Of a DNA stretch of 64,000 nucleotides, positions 60,085 to 64,000 are shown piece by piece. A program made the translations under genes and the position numbers. The notes under the pieces are model-generated. The model was not told the DNA's origin. It made no database searches and saw only the letters and a list, made by a program, of their open reading frames with translations. The stretch comes from an uncultured Ruminococcus sp. (GTDB lineage Bacteria > Bacillota > Clostridia > Oscillospirales > CAG-272), in the NCBI GenBank assembly GCA_902782445.1, contig CACZNC010000008.1:32630-96629 (forward strand). The letters run 5' to 3'. How positions within the stretch are numbered: the first letter of the stretch is position 1; each line of letters opens with the position of its first letter.

Positions 60085-61368
60085 TTATCGGGACGCGGCG
60101 TGGATGACGAATTCGGCAAAGATGGAGTTGGCCCAGGCAAACCACGCGCGGGTGAAGAGTTCGGGATCGTCCTTGTGGAAGCCCTCGTGCATCAGTCCCC
60201 GTCCGGCGGTCGTGGTCTCGAAGAGATCGAGCAGGTAGTCGATCTCCGCGTCGTCCGTGGAAGTCAGGCCCTGCATGGCGAGGGAGACGTGCCAGATATA
60301 GTCCTTCGGGGTGTGGGGGGAACCGACGCCCTTCGCGGCCTTGCCCTCGAAATAATAGGGATTGCGCTTCGAAAGGATGAACTTCCGGGTGTTCTGGTAG
60401 ATCGGATCGTCGGGAGAGCACCAGCCGAGGTAGGGGAGGGAGAGCAGGCTCGGGACGTTCGCGTCGTCCATCGTGAGATAGTGCCCGAGGCCGTCCGTCT
60501 CGTAGGCGTAGATCTTTCCGAATTCGGGATCCTCGGTCACGGCGAATTCCGCGATGCCGGCGTTGATCTCGGAGCGGAGCTTTTCCGCGCGGTAAGCGAA
60601 TCCCTCGTCCGTCCAGACGTCCCGGGCGATCTCGGCCATGTACCCGAGGATCACGGAGGCGAACATTTCGGAGGGGATGAGATAGTGGTAGGTGCAGCTG
60701 TCGTCGCTGGGGCGGAAGCCGGACCAGGTCATGCCGGTGTATCCGACGGGGGAACCCTTGCCGTCGTGGGAGAGGGTGTCGGTGGGCGGGCAGTTGGTGC
60801 GGCGGAAATAGTACCGGGAATTCTCCTCATGCCGCTGTTCACGCTCGAAGGTGTCGAGGATCGTGCGGCAGGCGGCCTTGAACGTGGAGTCGAGATGGTC
60901 GGTAGTCTCCGAGGCCTTCCATAAGTGATAGGCGAGGTTGACGGGATAGCAGAGGGAGTCGACCTCGTATTTGCGCTCCCAGGCCATGGGGTTGCGGAAT
61001 TCGGTGTCGTCGTGGAACTGCCACTGGGTGATGTGGTCGCCGGTGCGGTTGAAGGCGTTGGCGTAGGGGTCGTTGACGACGCAGAGGGACTGCCGTTTCA
61101 CGAGGCTGGCGACGAACGCGCGGATATCGGGATCCTCCTTCGTCAGGGGAAGATAGTGGCGGACCTGGGCGGACGAATCCCGCAGCCACATGGCCGGAAT
61201 GTCGCCGGTAATCACGAACGCGCCGTTCTCATCGTTCGTCACGGTGGTCTCGATGGTGTTCAGATAGGTGGCCGGGAACATCTCCGCGATGACGGGACGG
61301 CCCATTTTTCTGAGTTTGTCCTGCACGGACGCCACATATTCGTTCATTTTTTCGGTGATCAGAGACAT
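60085..61368 (-). CDS. Glycoside hydrolase family 125 (exo-alpha-1,6-mannosidase)
   Basis: ITGDIPAMWLRDS, WERKYEVDSL, FRPSDD, MDDANVPSLL, WFAWAN. Confidence 0.95.
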   Translation of the reverse strand: MSLITEKMNEYVASVQDKLRKMGRPVIAEMFPATYLNTIETTVTNDENGAFVITGDIPAMWLRDSSAQVRHYLPLTKEDPDIRAFVASLVKRQSLCVVNDPYANAFNRTGDHITQWQFHDDTEFRNPMAWERKYEVDSLCYPVNLAYHLWKASETTDHLDSTFKAACRTILDTFEREQRHEENSRYYFRRTNCPPTDTLSHDGKGSPVGYTGMTWSGFRPSDDSCTYHYLIPSEMFASVILGYMAEIARDVWTDEGFAYRAEKLRSEINAGIAEFAVTEDPEFGKIYAYETDGLGHYLTMDDANVPSLLSLPYLGWCSPDDPIYQNTRKFILSKRNPYYFEGKAAKGVGSPHTPKDYIWHVSLAMQGLTSTDDAEIDYLLDLFETTTAGRGLMHEGFHKDDPELFTRAWFAWANSIFAEFVIHAASR

Positions 61369-61396
61369 GGTTTCCTCCGGTTGATGGTTTTGGGGA

Positions 61397-62452
61397 TCAG
61401 GTCCGGCCCGATCCGAGGGTGAGGATCTTCGATCCTGCGGCGCGGATGATGCGGTTGTAGAGGGCCAGGGTCTCCCCTTCCGGTTCCGGCAGTTCCGCGT
61501 AGATCGTTTCGAGCCCCGCTTCGTCGGCCCTTCTGAGGAGGGAGAAAAGACGGCGGGATGCCTCCTTCGCGTCTCCCCGGTTTCCCGTGAGCAGCATCAT
61601 GCCGCCCCCGAAATACCCGGCGTCCTCGTTCGGGATCATGACGCCGTACTTTCCTGAGGCGTGCTCCCGGACGTATTCGAGGAATTTCGCGTGGGAGGCG
61701 TTGATGAGGACGACTTCGGCTTTCGGGGCGTAGTGCCGGTACTTCATGCCCGGGGATTCCGGGGTCCCGTCGGCGGCCAGGGAGGGCTCCACCACGGCGG
61801 GGGCGATCCTCACCTCCCGGCAGACCTCGGCCAGCATCTCCGGCGTGACGGCTCCCGGTCTCAGAACCGTGCAGGCGTCGTCCCCGTCCGGCCGCACGAC
61901 GGTGGATTCCAGCCCGATCTCACAGGGGCCGCCGTCCACGATCATCTCGATCCTGCCGTTCATATCGGCATAGACGTGCTCCGCGGCGGTGGGGGAGGGG
62001 CTGCCGGAACGGTTGGCGGAAGGCGCGGCGATGGGATGGCCGGACACTTCGATCAGCCGTCTGGCCACGGGGTTGGAGGGGCAGCGCACGGCCACGGTCC
62101 CGAGCCCTGCCGTCACGGTGGAGGGGATGCGGTCGGTCTTCTCGAGGATCACGGTCAGAGGCCCCGGCATGAACCGCTTCGCGAGCCGGAAATAGAGCGG
62201 TCCGGGGCGGGCGAAGTCTTCGGCTTCCTCCGGGCGGGCGACGTGTACGATCAGCGGATTGTCCGCGGGACGCCCCTTCGCCGCATAGATCTTTTCCGCG
62301 CTGGTCTCAAGGAGCGCGCTCCCGGCCAGCCCGTACACCGTCTCCGTGGGAATCGCGACGAGCCCGCCTCCCCGGATGATCCGCGCGGCCTTTTCGATGA
62401 CCCGTTCGTTTTCCGCGGGATCGCCGGTGATTTTCAAAACCTCAGTTGTCAT
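61397..62452 (-). CDS. sua5: Threonylcarbamoyl-AMP synthase (Sua5/TsaC2)
   Basis: [36 protein letters not shown]. Confidence 0.95.
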   Translation of the reverse strand: MTTEVLKITGDPAENERVIEKAARIIRGGGLVAIPTETVYGLAGSALLETSAEKIYAAKGRPADNPLIVHVARPEEAEDFARPGPLYFRLAKRFMPGPLTVILEKTDRIPSTVTAGLGTVAVRCPSNPVARRLIEVSGHPIAAPSANRSGSPSPTAAEHVYADMNGRIEMIVDGGPCEIGLESTVVRPDGDDACTVLRPGAVTPEMLAEVCREVRIAPAVVEPSLAADGTPESPGMKYRHYAPKAEVVLINASHAKFLEYVREHASGKYGVMIPNEDAGYFGGGMMLLTGNRGDAKEASRRLFSLLRRADEAGLETIYAELPEPEGETLALYNRIIRAAGSKILTLGSGRT

Positions 62453-63527
62453 TGCCGTTACCTTCGCCGTTTTTCAGTTTTTCCGCCGTGTCCGCCGTGG
62501 CGAGGGCGTCGATCAGTCCGCCGAGTTCGCCGTTGATGATGCTTTCGAGGGAATAGAGCGTCAGGCCGATGCGGTGGTCGGTGACGCGGCTCTCGCGGAA
62601 ATTGTAGGTGCGGATCCGTTCGCTGCGGTCCCCCGTTCCGACCTGGGACCTGCGTTCGCTGGCGATCCGGTCGCTCTGTTCCCGGCGTTTGAGATCGTAG
62701 AGCTTGGCGCGGAGCAGTTTCATCGCCTTGTCGCGGTTCTTGAACTGGCTGCGCTCGTCCTGACATTCGATCACGATGCCGGTGGGCTTATGCAGGAGGC
62801 GGATGGCGGATTCGGTCTTGTTGACGTGCTGTCCGCCCGCGCCGCTGGATTTGATGGTTTCGATCTCGAGATCGTTCTGGGAGATCTCCACCTCCACATC
62901 CTCCGCCTCGGGCAGAACCGCCACGGTCGCCGTCGAGGTGTGGATGCGCCCGGAGGTCTCGGTCTCCGGCACGCGCTGGACCCGGTGGACGCCGCTCTCA
63001 TACTTGAAGCGGGAATAGGCGCCCTCCCCGTTGACGAGGAAGGTGATCTCCTTATATCCGCCGAGCTCCGTCCCGTTGAATCCGACGAGCTCCGTGCGGA
63101 AATGCGCCGCGTCCGCGTACATCACGTACATCCGGTAGAGCACCGCCGCGAACAGGGCCGCCTCTTCCCCGCCCGCTCCGGCCCGGATCTCCACGACGAC
63201 GTTCTTGCCGTCGAGGGGGTCCTTCGGGAGCAGGAGGATCTTCAGCTCCTCCTCGTATCTTGCGGCGTCTTCCTTGGCGGCTTTCAGTTCTTCGTCCGCC
63301 ATCGCGAGAAGTTCCGGGTCGCTTTCGGAGGAGAGGAGCGCGAGGGCTTCTTCCCCGTCGGAGAGCGCTTTTTTGTACTGGCGGAATTTTTCGATCACGG
63401 GGGCGAGGGCGGCCCGTTCCTTGAGGAGCGCGGTACACCGGTCGATATCTTTTGCCGTCGACGGATCGGAGAGCTCCGCGTCGATGCCGTCGAACCGCTT
63501 TTCCGCTTCGTTCAGCCTCTCAAACAT
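62442..63527 (-). CDS. prfA: Peptide chain release factor 1
   Basis: GAGGEEA, RVPETE (PxT), [18 protein letters not shown]; GGAGGAG RBS before ATG 63527. Confidence 0.96.
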   Translation of the reverse strand: MFERLNEAEKRFDGIDAELSDPSTAKDIDRCTALLKERAALAPVIEKFRQYKKALSDGEEALALLSSESDPELLAMADEELKAAKEDAARYEEELKILLLPKDPLDGKNVVVEIRAGAGGEEAALFAAVLYRMYVMYADAAHFRTELVGFNGTELGGYKEITFLVNGEGAYSRFKYESGVHRVQRVPETETSGRIHTSTATVAVLPEAEDVEVEISQNDLEIETIKSSGAGGQHVNKTESAIRLLHKPTGIVIECQDERSQFKNRDKAMKLLRAKLYDLKRREQSDRIASERRSQVGTGDRSERIRTYNFRESRVTDHRIGLTLYSLESIINGELGGLIDALATADTAEKLKNGEGNGNDN

Positions 63528-64000
63528 CGCCCTCTCCTCCCCGGATCCGCAAGACAAGCCGCCTCACCTCCGCGGCCGTCTCCCGGATCCCGTCATAGTC
63601 TCCGCGGGCAAGCCGGTCCTTATCCGCGATGAAGCTCCCGCCGCAGCAGAAAACGCATTTCAGCCGGAGATACTCCGCCGCGTTCCCGAGGGTGATCCCC
63701 CCGGTGGGCATGAAGCGGACGTTCCGGTAGGGCGCCGAGAACGCTTTCAGCATCCGCGCTCCTCCAGCCGCCTCCGCCGGGAAGAATTTCAGCGCGGTGA
63801 ATCCCATCCCCATCGCGGCCTCGATCTCCGTCGGGGTCATGATCCCGGGGATGAAGGGGACACCCGCCGTGAGAGCCGCCTCCGCGATCTTCGGGTTGAA
63901 CCCCGGCGCGACGACAAAACAGGCTCCCGCCGCGAGGGCCTCTTTCAGATCCGATTCGCCGAGGACCGTTCCCGCGCCGACCAGCAGACCGGGTTCGGCC
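63520..64000 (-). CDS. eda: KDPG/KHG aldolase (5' end off the window)
   Basis: [39 protein letters not shown]. Confidence 0.92.
   Translation of the reverse strand, partial: AEPGLLVGAGTVLGESDLKEALAAGACFVVAPGFNPKIAEAALTAGVPFIPGIMTPTEIEAAMGMGFTALKFFPAEAAGGARMLKAFSAPYRNVRFMPTGGITLGNAAEYLRLKCVFCCGGSFIADKDRLARGDYDGIRETAAEVRRLVLRIRGGEGDV

Noticed and set aside
1-64000. Genome-wide UGA reassignment
   Set aside because: Many conserved genes (glyQS, dnaX, recR, queH) end at TGA at their expected lengths.

Overview
A GC-rich chromosomal window from a probably spore-forming Clostridia (Bacillota) bacterium. Evidence for the assignment: large SRP RNA-dnaX-ybaB-recR, SLH proteins, SleL/YaaH- and SpoIID-like genes, glyQS and many consensus sigma-A promoters. 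The window has two parts. Positions ~1-30.6 kb are an accessory patchwork of carbohydrate/sulfate/phosphate-ester catabolism genes, orphan solute-binding lipoproteins, regulators and many gene fossils, lying downstream of the rlmD(rumA) 3' end, a known integration hotspot. Positions ~30.6-64 kb are mostly housekeeping genes (rlmD, rsmA, glyQS, queH, ffs, dnaX, recR, a type II topoisomerase A subunit, sua5, prfA, eda) mixed with glycoside hydrolases and a BlaI/BlaR1-like pair. The most notable signal is a ~105-bp three-hairpin cloverleaf element present twice (7794-7888 and 54900-55004) with compensatory base changes in all three hairpins. Its terminus resembles the end of an IS630-family remnant at 9277-9470, suggesting a BOX/RUP-like MITE or structured RNA family. 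Other oddities: an in-frame TGA exactly at the lipobox Cys of a binding protein, a frameshifted ~1130-aa glycosidase-like gene next to it, and an MFS symporter translationally coupled to a binding-protein-like lipoprotein. No CRISPR array, tRNA, rRNA or intact transposase/integrase was seen. All family calls come from motif recognition by eye, not database searches.
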